64,000 bases of DNA from Verrucomicrobiaceae bacterium (GCA_051252135.1 JBPOGH010000010.1:64001-128000); one strand, 5' to 3'. Shown: positions 43,757 to 54,432, numbered from the stretch's first letter. Notes: generated by a model from the sequence alone, not told the origin. Numbers and translations: made by a program.

Positions 43757-45007
43757 ATGAGTGCGGACCCCGGACAGCGGCAATTTCAATGTGAGCATTG
43801 CCAAGGCTTGATCACGATTCCGGCGAATCTTCCGCCGACGACGGCGCCTTGTCCGATGTGCGGGCAGCCGACGACGTCACCGGGGCCCGAGCAGGCGCCG
43901 AAACCGCAGCAGCAGTCTCCGATTCAGCCTTCGCAAGGGCAATCTCCAGCGCCGGTGCAGCAGGCAGTGCGACCGGTTGAGCAGCGTTCCTCGGGGCCTG
44001 CGCCCGCGAAAAAGGGAGGAGCCGGTGTTTTGTGGGCTTTGGCAGGCTTGACCTGTCTGGGGTTATTGGCGGGTGCGGCTTACATGTATAAGCAGTACCG
44101 GATTCCGACGAGCAGCGGGAACAACCCGCCACTTGGACCGACGAGTGGTCAAGGGCCGGTTGGTTCGGGGTCGGGTATTCCGGGGGCCAGTGTCGAGGAG
44201 GCCAAGGCAACGGCGGAGGCGGCGGGAGTGCTGCGAGGATTTTTCGAAGCGACGACGGCCGAAGAAAAGGCGAAGTATGTCATCGGCGGGGCGTCCCGGG
44301 TGGGAGATATTCGTGATTTTTACGGGCCGGACGGATTGCAGGAAACGTCACTGGAGGTGGATGGGTTTACGTCTTTCCCGATGGATGAGTCGGACAGGGA
44401 GCGGGGGATTTTCCTGATGGATTACTATCGTCCGCGACAGTTTCAGTTTGATCAATTCTTCCGGCCCATCGCGACGATGGAGATCCAGATGCAGGTTGAG
44501 GCTCCGGGGATTCACATTTGGCCGGGTGCCTTGACGGACAACTTTGAAATGGATTCGCAGCGGGTGCGGGCATTCTTCAAGAAGATCGACGGAGAATATA
44601 AGTTGGATTGGGATACCCTGGTGCAAACGCAGTTTCGGCTGTTGAGAGATTTTTATACCTATCCGGTTCCGGGGCGGACGGGTGAGTTCCGGGTGTTTGT
44701 GGTGGAGGATGTCACGACGACGCTTAAGAAGTCGGACGACGTGCGGGTGTATCGTCTGGCAGATGCGGCGCATCTCGAAGATGATCAAGTGACGGTGGAA
44801 GTGGAGAAATCCTCAACGGTGGGTCAGTTGCTGGAGCCATTTGCATGGACCAACAAGGAAGGGAAAGCGATCAGCGGCACGACGGCGACGGTGAAGCTGA
44901 GGTGGACCGAAGAGGAGGAACCGCGGGTGGTTCTGGATGAGATCGTTTGTTGGGAGTTTCTTGGAGTGGGCGGTGAACGCGGCAATACGAGTGTCCCCCG
45001 CAACTAG
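43757..45007 (+). CDS. Hypothetical bitopic membrane protein with an N-terminal zinc ribbon
   Basis: CEHC...CPMC, Pro/Gln linker, one TM, large C-terminal domain. Confidence 0.75.
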   Translation: MSADPGQRQFQCEHCQGLITIPANLPPTTAPCPMCGQPTTSPGPEQAPKPQQQSPIQPSQGQSPAPVQQAVRPVEQRSSGPAPAKKGGAGVLWALAGLTCLGLLAGAAYMYKQYRIPTSSGNNPPLGPTSGQGPVGSGSGIPGASVEEAKATAEAAGVLRGFFEATTAEEKAKYVIGGASRVGDIRDFYGPDGLQETSLEVDGFTSFPMDESDRERGIFLMDYYRPRQFQFDQFFRPIATMEIQMQVEAPGIHIWPGALTDNFEMDSQRVRAFFKKIDGEYKLDWDTLVQTQFRLLRDFYTYPVPGRTGEFRVFVVEDVTTTLKKSDDVRVYRLADAAHLEDDQVTVEVEKSSTVGQLLEPFAWTNKEGKAISGTTATVKLRWTEEEEPRVVLDEIVCWEFLGVGGERGNTSVPRN

Positions 45008-45013
45008 GGAGCG

Positions 45014-46348
45014 ATGTCAGTTTCGGAAACGATTGTAGCGATTGCGAGTCCACCGGGGACGGGCGCGGTATCGTTGATCCGGGTGTCGGGTCCCGAGGCG
45101 CATGAGCTGGCGAAGGCAGTGATCGGCGGGCGGAGTTTGCCCAAGATTCGGCAAGTGGGGCTGCGACGGATTCAGGATGGCGGCGGACTGGTGATTGATG
45201 AGGGGTTGATGGTATGTTTTGAGGGACCGGCAAGTTATACGGGTGAGGATTTGGTGGAATTTACAGGGCATGGCGGGGTGGTGGTGACGAGGCGGGTGCT
45301 GGAGCGATTTGTGGAATTGGGTGGGCGGCCCGCGGATCCGGGGGAGTTTACGCAGCGGGCATTTATCAATGGCCGGATGGACCTGACGCAAGCGGAGGCG
45401 GTGATGGATTTGATTTCGGCGCAGACCTCGCTGGCGCTGCGCTCGGCGACCGAGCAGCTGGAAGGTCGGCTGGGGAGGACTTGCGAGGAGATTCGGGCGG
45501 AGTTGCTGGGAGCGACGGCGCACCTGGAGGCTTACATTGATTTTCCGGAGGAGGACATTGATCCGGCGGTGGGGGATTCATTGAAGGCCAAGTTGGTGGT
45601 GCAGGGGGAGCGGATTGAGACTCTTTTGGCGACCGCTGATCAGGGGCGGATTTTGAGGGAAGGGGTGCGGACGGTGATTTACGGGAAGCCGAATGTGGGG
45701 AAGTCGTCCTTGTTGAATCGTCTTTTGGGATACAAGCGGGCGATTGTGAGTGCGATTGAAGGAACGACGCGGGACACGATTGAGGAGGTGGTGAACGTGA
45801 GGGGGATTCCGTTACGGCTGGTGGATACGGCGGGGGTGCGAGAGTCGTCGGACGAGATTGAGAAGACGGGAATCGAGATGACGCACGCGCAGGTGTCGCG
45901 GGCGGATTTGATTTTGGAAGTGGTTGACCTGTCGCGGCCTCCGGAGGCGGGATCGCTGGAGGTGCCGGAGGGGGTGAAGCATCTGACGATTTACAATAAG
46001 TCTGACGAGGAGGATGCGGGTTGGCAGGGGATTGAGGGGGTGAGGATTTCGTGTGAGACGGGCGAGGGATTTTCGGATTTGGAGGAGGAGATTGCGCGTT
46101 TGCTTTGTTTGGATGAGACGCAGTGGGGCGATCATTCGGTGGCGGTGAATGCGAGGCATCAATCGTGTCTGATGCGGGCGCGGAGGTCGCTGGAAGCCGC
46201 GATTTCCTCGATGGAGGAGGACGAGGCGCCGGAGTTGACGGCCTTGAGCTTACGGGAGGCGCTGGTGGCGGTGGGGGAGATTGCGGGGGTGGTGGATACG
46301 GAGGAGATTTTGGGGGAGATTTTCGGGAACTTTTGCATCGGGAAGTAG
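45014..46348 (+). CDS. mnmE: tRNA modification GTPase MnmE
   Basis: SYTGED, GKPNVGKSS, GTTRD, DTAG, NKSD, C-terminal FCIGK. Confidence 0.98.
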   Translation: MSVSETIVAIASPPGTGAVSLIRVSGPEAHELAKAVIGGRSLPKIRQVGLRRIQDGGGLVIDEGLMVCFEGPASYTGEDLVEFTGHGGVVVTRRVLERFVELGGRPADPGEFTQRAFINGRMDLTQAEAVMDLISAQTSLALRSATEQLEGRLGRTCEEIRAELLGATAHLEAYIDFPEEDIDPAVGDSLKAKLVVQGERIETLLATADQGRILREGVRTVIYGKPNVGKSSLLNRLLGYKRAIVSAIEGTTRDTIEEVVNVRGIPLRLVDTAGVRESSDEIEKTGIEMTHAQVSRADLILEVVDLSRPPEAGSLEVPEGVKHLTIYNKSDEEDAGWQGIEGVRISCETGEGFSDLEEEIARLLCLDETQWGDHSVAVNARHQSCLMRARRSLEAAISSMEEDEAPELTALSLREALVAVGEIAGVVDTEEILGEIFGNFCIGK

Positions 46349-46373
46349 GGTTGTTTGCCCCAGGATGGCGGGC

Positions 46374-47081
46374 ATGGCCAAGACGATTGTCATTCTCACG
46401 GGAGCCGGGATTTCGGCGGAGTCGGGTATTCAGACATTTCGTGGTGACGGGGGATTGTGGGAGGGGCATCGGGTGGAAGATGTGGCGACTCCGGAGGGGT
46501 TTGCGCGGAATCCGGAACTGGTGCAGCGATTCTACAATGAGCGACGGCGGAAGTTGCTCTCGGGGATTGAGCCGAATGAGGGGCATCGAGCGTTGGCGCG
46601 GCTGGAGGAAGAGTTTGAGGGTGAGGTGGTGTTGATTACCCAGAATATTGATAACCTGCACGAGCGTGGGGGGAGCCGGGAAGTGCTGCACATGCATGGG
46701 GAGTTGCTGCGGGCGCGGTGTGTGGATTGCGGGGAGGATTTTGAGATTCTGGAGGACCTGGGGAAGGAGACGGAGTGTCCGCTTTGTGAGGGGAAGGGGA
46801 CGAGTCGGCCGGATATTGTGTGGTTTGGGGAGATGCCCTATCACATGGGGCGGATTGAAAAGTCGCTATCGCGGGCGGATGTTTTCGTGGCGATCGGGAC
46901 GTCGGGGCGGGTGTATCCGGCGGCGGGATTTTGTGATTTGGCGCGGTATGCGGGGGCGGAGACGATTGAAGTGAATCTGGAGGCGACCGAGGGGACGGCG
47001 GGATTTCTGAGGGTTTTGGAGGGGAAGGCAGGGGAGTTGCTTCCGGAATTGGTGGATGAACTGCTTGGGAAGCGTCCTTGA
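46374..47081 (+). CDS. cobB: NAD-dependent deacylase (sirtuin)
   Basis: TGAGISAESG, TQNIDNLHE, HMHG, CxxC..CxxC, GTSGRVYPAA. Confidence 0.93.
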   Translation: MAKTIVILTGAGISAESGIQTFRGDGGLWEGHRVEDVATPEGFARNPELVQRFYNERRRKLLSGIEPNEGHRALARLEEEFEGEVVLITQNIDNLHERGGSREVLHMHGELLRARCVDCGEDFEILEDLGKETECPLCEGKGTSRPDIVWFGEMPYHMGRIEKSLSRADVFVAIGTSGRVYPAAGFCDLARYAGAETIEVNLEATEGTAGFLRVLEGKAGELLPELVDELLGKRP

Positions 47082-47114
47082 TCCCGCGTCAAAATAGGAG
47101 ATTGTTGGTGCACA

Positions 47115-49712
47115 ATGAAACGGTTCACTTTTTTGGCACTTTTGATCGTCCTCGGATTTTTGCGGGCGGATGAGAAGGCAAAGCCCCCTGTGAAGATGAC
47201 CTTGCCCGAGTTACGGGAGGCATTGGGTTCCGAGGACTTTAAGGTCCGGGATCAGGCGAATGAGCAGATTTGGGGAATGGGGGATGAGGCGTTGGTGTTT
47301 TTGGCGGAGCTGCAAAACGGGGATGACCCGGAATTGGCGGCACGGGCCGAGCGGCTGCGCCGGAAGATTCGGGTGGGGATTGGGCCGGAGACCCCGGCGG
47401 AGTTGGCGGCGGAGCTGGAGCTTTATGGTCTGACAAACGAGGAGAATACCAAGAAGCGGATCATCAGGTATCTGACGGACAACGATTTTTACGAGTATCT
47501 GCTTCGGCTGAGATCGTTGGAAGCGGACGAGAAGATTCAGGAGTATCTGGATGAGACGATCACGAGGGTTCTTCCGAGTATGTTGCGGAAGCATTTGATT
47601 GCCGGGGAGACCGAGCAGGCCCGGGTGTTGCTAAAGATCGGAAGTGATTTCACGAGTATGATTCGTTATGGGAGTTTCCTGCAACAGGAGGGGGAACTTG
47701 ATGCGGAAATTGAGCTGCTCAAGGATACGGGCGATGAGGAATTGCAGGCGCGTTATCTCGCGTATTTGAGAGTCAAAGGTGATCTTCCGGTGCTTCGGAG
47801 TGAAGCGGCGAGATTGGGTGATGAGCTTACCGAGGCAACGGCGGCGTTGCTTATGGGCGACTACCTTCCGCTTGTTCGGTATCAACTGAAGAATAAGAAT
47901 CATTCGTTGGTGAATCAGATTTACTTGAAATGGTTACTGGCTCGAAGCGAGGGAGACACGGGAAGAATGGAGCGATTGGTGTCCTCGCTGAAGACGCAGG
48001 CTGTGGGCGGGGCTGATGAGCTGCAGGCGCGGGCGAACCTTTACCGGATGGGATTGGCCGGGGTTGCGAAGGAGACGATTGCCGAAGATGATTGGGCGAC
48101 GCTGCGATTCCATTATCAGCTGATGGACCGGTATGAGGACGATCTTGAGACGATGGGGCTGAAGGTGGGAGAGTCCGTGCCTGAGAAATGGCTCGCGGAG
48201 AAAAAGGAGGCGATGCTTTTGAATTTCCGGCAGGATCAGGAAGGAGGGGAGCCGCTGAATTATCTTTTTCAGGCGGGGAGATTTTACGAAAACCGTGGGG
48301 AGATTGAGAAATCGGCCGCGATCTTCAAGGTGTTTTTCGACGGCCTCCGGAAGATTAAGGACGAGGAGCGGGTGGGGTGGTCGGAGAGTGTGATCTCGTT
48401 TTCGCCGCGGGGCGGGACGCGTGCGATTGCGAGGGAAGTGGATGAATTTGATCTGAACATCGGGGAATTTGTCGCGGAGGTCTATGGTTCGGAGGGCCAT
48501 GCGTTGTGGCTTTATAATCTGATCAAAGAGGAGGAGCCGGGGATTGGGTCGTTGAAAATGCTTCAGCTGATGTCGTCATTTTTTGGAGTGTTGGATGTGC
48601 CGCTCAAGGAGTTCGAGCTGTGGAATGAGCGAATCAAGACCGTGGCGATGGAGGCGTGGAAGAAAGGGGAGCCGAAGGCGATGGGTTATTTGTTATCGCT
48701 TTGGCAGGACTTCGGGCGGGCTTCCCAGCTTTGGGAGATTTATGAAATCGAGGGGGTGTTGAAAGGGGAGGAATACCGGAAAGCCTATCTGGCGGTGCAG
48801 ATGGGGAAACGGGAGGTGGCGTTTGATTTGTATCGGGAGATGAAGGTTGATCCGGCCAGGACCTCACCGGGATATCTTTATTTGAAAGGCCTGGCGATCC
48901 GGGCAGGTGGCGATGAGGATGCGGCGGGGGAGCTGCTGGAGCAGGCGCACTGTTTTGGGTTGGGTGATTCTTCGTTCCTCCGGTCGATTGCCTTCTATCA
49001 TGAGAACTACGGTGAGTCTGTTGAGTCCTATGAGTTGATGAAGAAGGCATTTCTCAGATCGGAGAAGGCGGTGCTGGAGACCGATTATTCCTCCTCCAAT
49101 TTGGTTTATCTGATGGGGGAGCGTCTGCTTGCGGCGAGGAAATGGAAGGAAGCGGCGGCAATGCTGGAGGCGGCGGCGATTGCTTCGATGAGCAGTAGTC
49201 CGGTGGCGCAGTTGCGTGCGCGGTTGAAGGCGGACTGTGCCCACGGGATGCTGGCTTTTGAGGAAGGTCGTCCGGAAGAGGGGCGCAAATGGATTGAGGA
49301 GGCGCATGCGAACTATCCGGTGGGAGGTTCGCTGGCTGATGAGTTTTTCCCGGCGATGCGGGAGGCGGGTCTGATTGATCTGCATGACCGGCTGTGTCAG
49401 AAGACCCTTGAGATTCTTCGTAAGAACGTGCGGGACTTTCCGCTGGATGCTTCGAGTAAGAATTCCTTCGCCTGGGTGGCCTCGCGGGCGAACCGGAATC
49501 TGGAGGAGGCGGAGGAGATGATGAAGGAGGCGCTTGAGCTGGATCCGACCTCGGCAGCGATGCTGGACACGATGGGAGAGGTTCAATTTGCGTTGGGCCG
49601 GAGGGAAGAGGCGGTGAAATGGAGCCTTCGCTCGGTGGATCAAGCGGTGTCGGAGGTGGCGATCCGGAACCAGCTTCGGCGGTTCCGGACGGGTGAGTTC
49701 CCGAAAGATTGA
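47115..49712 (+). CDS. Large exported HEAT/TPR-repeat protein
   Basis: Signal peptide, N-terminal HEAT-like segment, C-terminal TPR (NSFAW...AMLDTMGEVQFALG). Confidence 0.8.
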   Translation: MKRFTFLALLIVLGFLRADEKAKPPVKMTLPELREALGSEDFKVRDQANEQIWGMGDEALVFLAELQNGDDPELAARAERLRRKIRVGIGPETPAELAAELELYGLTNEENTKKRIIRYLTDNDFYEYLLRLRSLEADEKIQEYLDETITRVLPSMLRKHLIAGETEQARVLLKIGSDFTSMIRYGSFLQQEGELDAEIELLKDTGDEELQARYLAYLRVKGDLPVLRSEAARLGDELTEATAALLMGDYLPLVRYQLKNKNHSLVNQIYLKWLLARSEGDTGRMERLVSSLKTQAVGGADELQARANLYRMGLAGVAKETIAEDDWATLRFHYQLMDRYEDDLETMGLKVGESVPEKWLAEKKEAMLLNFRQDQEGGEPLNYLFQAGRFYENRGEIEKSAAIFKVFFDGLRKIKDEERVGWSESVISFSPRGGTRAIAREVDEFDLNIGEFVAEVYGSEGHALWLYNLIKEEEPGIGSLKMLQLMSSFFGVLDVPLKEFELWNERIKTVAMEAWKKGEPKAMGYLLSLWQDFGRASQLWEIYEIEGVLKGEEYRKAYLAVQMGKREVAFDLYREMKVDPARTSPGYLYLKGLAIRAGGDEDAAGELLEQAHCFGLGDSSFLRSIAFYHENYGESVESYELMKKAFLRSEKAVLETDYSSSNLVYLMGERLLAARKWKEAAAMLEAAAIASMSSSPVAQLRARLKADCAHGMLAFEEGRPEEGRKWIEEAHANYPVGGSLADEFFPAMREAGLIDLHDRLCQKTLEILRKNVRDFPLDASSKNSFAWVASRANRNLEEAEEMMKEALELDPTSAAMLDTMGEVQFALGRREEAVKWSLRSVDQAVSEVAIRNQLRRFRTGEFPKD

Positions 49713-49725
49713 AATCCGGGCAAGT

Positions 49726-49756
49726 AAAAACCCGCTCCTTGAGAGAGCGGGTTTTT
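49726..49756. terminator. Bidirectional terminator (TPR gene and putative 6S RNA)
   Basis: AAAAACCCGCTC...GAGCGGGTTTTT. Confidence 0.9.
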
Positions 49757-49760
49757 GAAT

Positions 49761-49931
49761 ATCCACTTCGCCGTCCATGGCGCATGAGCCGCATTCCCGA
49801 GACTCAATAGGTTGGGGACTTCCATCAACCCGCTGTCTTCCAGTGAAGGCATGACATTGGGTCTCCGGGGCTGCCCCCATTTGTTTTATTATCGGGTCGG
49901 CTGATCAACCATTTTCGGCGAACGAAGCAGA
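49761..49931 (-). ncRNA. ssrS: 6S RNA (putative)
   Basis: About 170-nt rod: TTCGCCG/CGGCGAA, ATGG/CCAT, AGCCG/CGGCT, CCCGA/TCGGG, central bubble TAATAAAACAAA opposite ACCTATTGAGTC, TGGGG/CCCCA; has its own promoter and terminator. Confidence 0.8.
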
Positions 49932-49937
49932 CGGCCG

Positions 49938-49966
49938 AGAGTAAGCACGGAGATGGAGGCAGGCAA
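49938..49966 (-). promoter_or_regulatory. Sigma-70-type promoter of the putative 6S RNA
   Basis: TTGCCT-N17-TACTCT, 6-7 nt before the rod begins. Confidence 0.75.
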
Positions 49967-50080
49967 CTCGATTTGCGTCTTTTTGGAGAAATTGTCCCAC
50001 AAACGGGAGAACGGGGGAGGGGCTTGAAATTCCACAGACAGAACTTCCCACTTCGTGCGTTTTGTTAATACTCCACACAC

Positions 50081-51799
50081 ATGACCGAGCTTTTGATTCA
50101 CCCCGCCCGCGAGACCGGTTGCTCGGACCTCACGGCCCTCGAGGAAGTTGTCGCCGAGGCTGCGCTTAGGCAGTCCTCACCTGTCGACGACGTTTTGGAC
50201 TCCAATTTGATCGATGAGGAGCCATACATGCGCCAATTGGCGGAGGATTTGGGGATGGAATGGCTGGCGGAGATTCCGGATTTTGAGAGTGCGCTGCCTC
50301 TGCGGGCGGCCTGTGGCCCGCAGATTGCGCTGAAGCACCGGGTGTTGCCGATTTCGATTGAGGGTGATGAGGGCCACGAGCGCTTGTTCATGGTGACTTA
50401 TGATCCCCTGAATTTGCTGGCCCGTCAGGCGGCGGCGCAGTCGATTGACATGCCGATTGTGTGGCATATGGCATCGCGGCGTCGTGTTCATGATGCCTTG
50501 CGCAAGCTATACGGGGTGGGAGCGGATACTTTTGAGCAGCTTTTGGAGGGGCGTGATCTGGATCTCGACAATCTCGAGATGAAGGATGAGGCGAGTGTGA
50601 TTGACGAGGTGGAGGATGAGGAGGCCTCGGTGGTGAAATTTGTGAACCAGATTATCCGGGAGGCGCTGGAGCAGCGTGGAACGGATATTCACGTGGAGCC
50701 GTTGGCGGATAATCTGCGGATCCGATACCGGATCGATGGTGGTCTGGTGGATATTGCGGTGCCGGACAACATCAAGGCGTTGCAGAGCTCGGTGATTGCG
50801 CGACTGAAGATTATGTCCCATCTGGACATTGCGGAGCGTCGATTGCCGCAGGATGGCCGGATCAACCTGCAGTTTGAGGGGGCCTCGATCGACGTGCGTG
50901 TGGCGACGGTGCCGACGGTGGAGGGGGAGAGTGTGAGTTTGCGATTGTTGAACCAGGAGAAGTTCGATGTGGCGAAGCTGGGGATGGAGGATTTTGTGTT
51001 GAAGCCGATCCAGAAGATTTTGAATCTGCCGAACGGGATCATTTTGATCACGGGGCCTACGGGATCGGGTAAGTCGACGAGTCTTTACTCCTTTCTTTCG
51101 GCATTGAACAAGCCGGAGACGCGGATTGTGACGGTGGAGGATCCGGTGGAGAACAAGTTGCCGGGAGTGATGCAGATTGCGGTGAAGAGTGAGATCGGGC
51201 TGACCTTTGCCTCGGGCTTGCGATCGATTTTGCGAGCGGACCCGAACATTGTGATGTTGGGAGAGATTCGAGATTTGGAAACGGCGGAGATTGCGATCCG
51301 GGCGTCGTTGACCGGTCACCTGGTGTTCTCGACGCTGCACACGAACGATGCGCTGGGGGGAATCAGCCGATTGATGGATATGGGCGTGGAGCCTTTCCTG
51401 GTGGCGGCATCGGTGCGGGCCTTTTTGGCGCAACGTCTGGTGCGGAAACTCTGTGATCACTGCAAGGTGCCGGTGGAGGTGAGTCCTGAACAAAGGAAAC
51501 GATTTTCGATTCCGGCGGGGCTGGATGGCCAGGCCTTTGGAGCAGGGGGGTGCGACAAGTGCCGGAATACCGGATTCAGTGGACGTCTGGCAATTTACGA
51601 GGTGGCGATTGTGGGCAATGAGATGGAGGATTTGATTGCGGGAAGTGCCGCGTTACCGAAGCTGAAGGCCCAAGCGATCAAGGATGGATATGTTCCGATG
51701 CGCGAGTATGGCTGGCATAAGGTATTCAAGGGGCAGACAACTCTGGAGGAGGTGATCTCCGTGACGGCTTCCGATCTGGTCGGGGGAGATGAATTTTAA
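50081..51799 (+). CDS. GspE/PulE/PilB family secretion ATPase
   Basis: LDIAERRLPQDG, GPTGSGKST, TVEDPVE, GEIRDLET, GHLVFSTLHTND, tetra-Cys. Confidence 0.95.
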   Translation: MTELLIHPARETGCSDLTALEEVVAEAALRQSSPVDDVLDSNLIDEEPYMRQLAEDLGMEWLAEIPDFESALPLRAACGPQIALKHRVLPISIEGDEGHERLFMVTYDPLNLLARQAAAQSIDMPIVWHMASRRRVHDALRKLYGVGADTFEQLLEGRDLDLDNLEMKDEASVIDEVEDEEASVVKFVNQIIREALEQRGTDIHVEPLADNLRIRYRIDGGLVDIAVPDNIKALQSSVIARLKIMSHLDIAERRLPQDGRINLQFEGASIDVRVATVPTVEGESVSLRLLNQEKFDVAKLGMEDFVLKPIQKILNLPNGIILITGPTGSGKSTSLYSFLSALNKPETRIVTVEDPVENKLPGVMQIAVKSEIGLTFASGLRSILRADPNIVMLGEIRDLETAEIAIRASLTGHLVFSTLHTNDALGGISRLMDMGVEPFLVAASVRAFLAQRLVRKLCDHCKVPVEVSPEQRKRFSIPAGLDGQAFGAGGCDKCRNTGFSGRLAIYEVAIVGNEMEDLIAGSAALPKLKAQAIKDGYVPMREYGWHKVFKGQTTLEEVISVTASDLVGGDEF

Positions 51800-51813
51800 G
51801 CGATAAAAAGACC

Positions 51814-53109
51814 GTGGCTAGTTTTGCATATAAAGCTCTGGATGGATCCGGCTCTCTGGTGACGGGCGAGCTCCTGGCGGGAGATCGTGGTGAGGCATTG
51901 CGTCAATTGGGACGCAAGGGGCTGCAACCGGTGAAGCTGACCCAGGATTCGAAGGCGGCTGCTCCGGCGCCGGCAGCGAAACCAGGGAAGGCGCAAGCGG
52001 GCGCGAAGGCGGCCCCGGCGACGAAGGTGGCTGCGAAGAGCGAACCGATTCCAGAGGGTCCGGTGAAGCTCAAGAGGGCGGAGGTGGTGCTGTTTACGGA
52101 GGAGCTTTCCGACATGTTGGCAGCGGGCTTGCAGCTGGAGCCTGCGTTGCGGGCGATGGAGAATCGTGAGGAGTTGGGTAGCCTGAAGGTGGTCTCGACC
52201 AAGATTCGCCAGTTGGTGCGGGATGGTAACAGTTTTTCATCGGCACTGCGTCGGGTGAGTCCGAGTTTTGGTGCCCTTTATTGCTCGCTGGCAGCGGCGG
52301 GTGAGGCTTCGGGTGCATTGGATACGATTCTGGATCGTCAGGCACATTATCTGAAGACGCTTCAGGAGCTTCAGGGGCGGGTGATTTTGGCGCTGATTTA
52401 TCCGGCGTTTTTGGTGGTGGCGGGAATTGCGGTGGCGTTTGTTTTCATGACGCAGTTGATTCCGCAACTGACGGGGCTGATTGAGTCGACTCCGGGTGGC
52501 AAGCTTCCGGGCGGAGCGAAGTTTTTGATGGCCTTCACGGCGTTTATTTCCAAGTGGTGGATTGTGATTGTGCTGCTGATCGTGGTGGCGCTCATTTTCT
52601 TTAAGGCGTGGAAGGATAACGAGGCGAACCAGCCGACATGGGATCGGCAGAAGCTTCAGATTCCGTTGGTGGGACGGGCATTGATGAGCCGTTTTTATGT
52701 TCAGTTTCTGGAGACGATGGCTAACCTGACGGGCAATGGATTGCCTTTGCTGAGGTCGCTGGAGTTGACGAGGGATGCGACGCCGAATCTTCATTTGCAG
52801 AGTCATCTGGATGAGATGATCGAGCAGGTTGGGGATGGGCGGTCTTTGTCGAGATCGATGAAGCGCTCGGATATTTTCACGCCGCTTCTGGTGGATATGG
52901 TGGCGGTGGGTGAGCAGACCGGAAAGATCGATCAGGCGCTGCGCAAGGCCTCGGTTCGATTCGACAAGGAGTTGAACAACGCCTTGCAGCGAATTATGGC
53001 GCTGATTATGCCGGCGATTTTGTTGGTGATGGCGCTGTTGATTGGTTCGATGGCTTATCTCATGATGACGGCAATCTTTCAGACGATGCAGAACCTTGGT
53101 GGACGATGA
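51814..53109 (+). CDS. GspF/PilC family inner-membrane platform protein
   Basis: FAYKALD start, AGEASGAL, VAVGEQTG, three TM segments. Confidence 0.93.
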   Translation: MASFAYKALDGSGSLVTGELLAGDRGEALRQLGRKGLQPVKLTQDSKAAAPAPAAKPGKAQAGAKAAPATKVAAKSEPIPEGPVKLKRAEVVLFTEELSDMLAAGLQLEPALRAMENREELGSLKVVSTKIRQLVRDGNSFSSALRRVSPSFGALYCSLAAAGEASGALDTILDRQAHYLKTLQELQGRVILALIYPAFLVVAGIAVAFVFMTQLIPQLTGLIESTPGGKLPGGAKFLMAFTAFISKWWIVIVLLIVVALIFFKAWKDNEANQPTWDRQKLQIPLVGRALMSRFYVQFLETMANLTGNGLPLLRSLELTRDATPNLHLQSHLDEMIEQVGDGRSLSRSMKRSDIFTPLLVDMVAVGEQTGKIDQALRKASVRFDKELNNALQRIMALIMPAILLVMALLIGSMAYLMMTAIFQTMQNLGGR

Positions 53110-53762
53110 TTAAGGCAAGGAATGTTCATCGCTCCTATTTCCTGGCGAAAAAGGAGGTCTCGGTTCTTCGAGGCATTGATCTGGAGATCGCCGCGGGAGA
53201 GAAGATATTTCTCTGTGGTCCCAGCGGGGCGGGAAAGACGACGCTGATGTATACTTTGGCGGGTCTTGAGGAGCCTCATGAGGGTGAGGTTGAGATTGGG
53301 GGGACGTCATTTTACCGATTGTCGCCGAGCGACCAGGCGCGTTTGCGCAATGACAAGATCGGGTATGTTTTTCAAAATTACTTCCTGCTTCCCGAGTTAA
53401 CGGCACTGGAGAACGTGTTGGTGCCGGGATTGATTGGCGGGAAAGCGGACCGGATCAAGGCCCAAGCTGCGCTGGAGCGGGTGGGGCTTGGCGAGCGGAC
53501 GACGCACCTGCCGGCGGAGCTCTCGGGCGGGGAGCAGCAGCGGGTGGCGATTGCGCGTGCGTTGGTGAACGAGCCCTCGATCATTTTCGCAGATGAGCCG
53601 ACCGGCAATCTGGATTCGAAGAATGGCGATGACGTGATGCAAATTTTGCTGGATGTGGTGGCGGAACGAAATGCGACTCTCGTGGTGGTTACCCACGATA
53701 CCTCGCTTTCGCGCCATGGGGATCGGGTGCTGACGATCAGGGACGGTAAGATCGCGGACTAG
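53106..53762 (+). CDS. ABC transporter ATP-binding protein, LolD/MacB-like
   Basis: [37 protein letters not shown]. Confidence 0.92.
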   Translation: MIKARNVHRSYFLAKKEVSVLRGIDLEIAAGEKIFLCGPSGAGKTTLMYTLAGLEEPHEGEVEIGGTSFYRLSPSDQARLRNDKIGYVFQNYFLLPELTALENVLVPGLIGGKADRIKAQAALERVGLGERTTHLPAELSGGEQQRVAIARALVNEPSIIFADEPTGNLDSKNGDDVMQILLDVVAERNATLVVVTHDTSLSRHGDRVLTIRDGKIAD

Positions 53763-53764
53763 GT

Positions 53765-54421
53765 TTAGGCGATGATTTCCTGGGAGATGGTGCCGATGCC
53801 ATCGATTCCGAGTTCGACGGTGTCTCCGATATTGAGATAGCAGGGTGGGTTCATGCCTCCGCCGACTCCGCTCGGGGTGCCGGTGGCGACGACGTCGCCC
53901 GGGAGAAGGGTCATGAATTGAGAGATGTAGTGGATGAGGAAGTCGACGGGGAAGATCATGTCGCCGGTGTTGCTATCCTGCCGGATCTCACCGTTCACCT
54001 TGGACCAAAGGCGGAGGTTTTGCGGGTCGGAGATTTGAGAGGCGGGGATGATGGCGGGGCCGGCGGGGCAGAAGCCATCGTGGCTCTTTCCCTTGTTCCA
54101 CTGGCCTTCGTGTTCCTTTTGCCAGGCCCGCTCGGAGTAGTCACAGAGGACGAGGTAGCCTTCGACATGGGAGAGGGCGTCATCTTGGGAGACGCGCTGG
54201 GCGCGGGAGCCGATGACGACGCCGAGCTCGACTTCGTAGTCGAGTTTTTGGGCACCGGGAGGGAGTTCGAGAGGAGCGAAGGGGGCGGCCCAGCTGCTGG
54301 GGGCTTTTTGGAAGAGGACGGGTTCGGTGGGAATGTTGCCTCCGAGCTCACGGACGTGGGCGGCGTAGTTTTGGCCGACGCAGATGATCTTGGACGGTTG
54401 GGGAAGGGCTTGGTGGGACAT
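53765..54421 (-). CDS. Fumarylacetoacetate hydrolase family protein
   Basis: KIICVGQNYAAH, DYEVEL, GKSHDGF, PGDVVATGTPSGVG. Confidence 0.93.
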   Translation of the reverse strand: MSHQALPQPSKIICVGQNYAAHVRELGGNIPTEPVLFQKAPSSWAAPFAPLELPPGAQKLDYEVELGVVIGSRAQRVSQDDALSHVEGYLVLCDYSERAWQKEHEGQWNKGKSHDGFCPAGPAIIPASQISDPQNLRLWSKVNGEIRQDSNTGDMIFPVDFLIHYISQFMTLLPGDVVATGTPSGVGGGMNPPCYLNIGDTVELGIDGIGTISQEIIA

Positions 54422-54432
54422 GGGAGTGCGGT

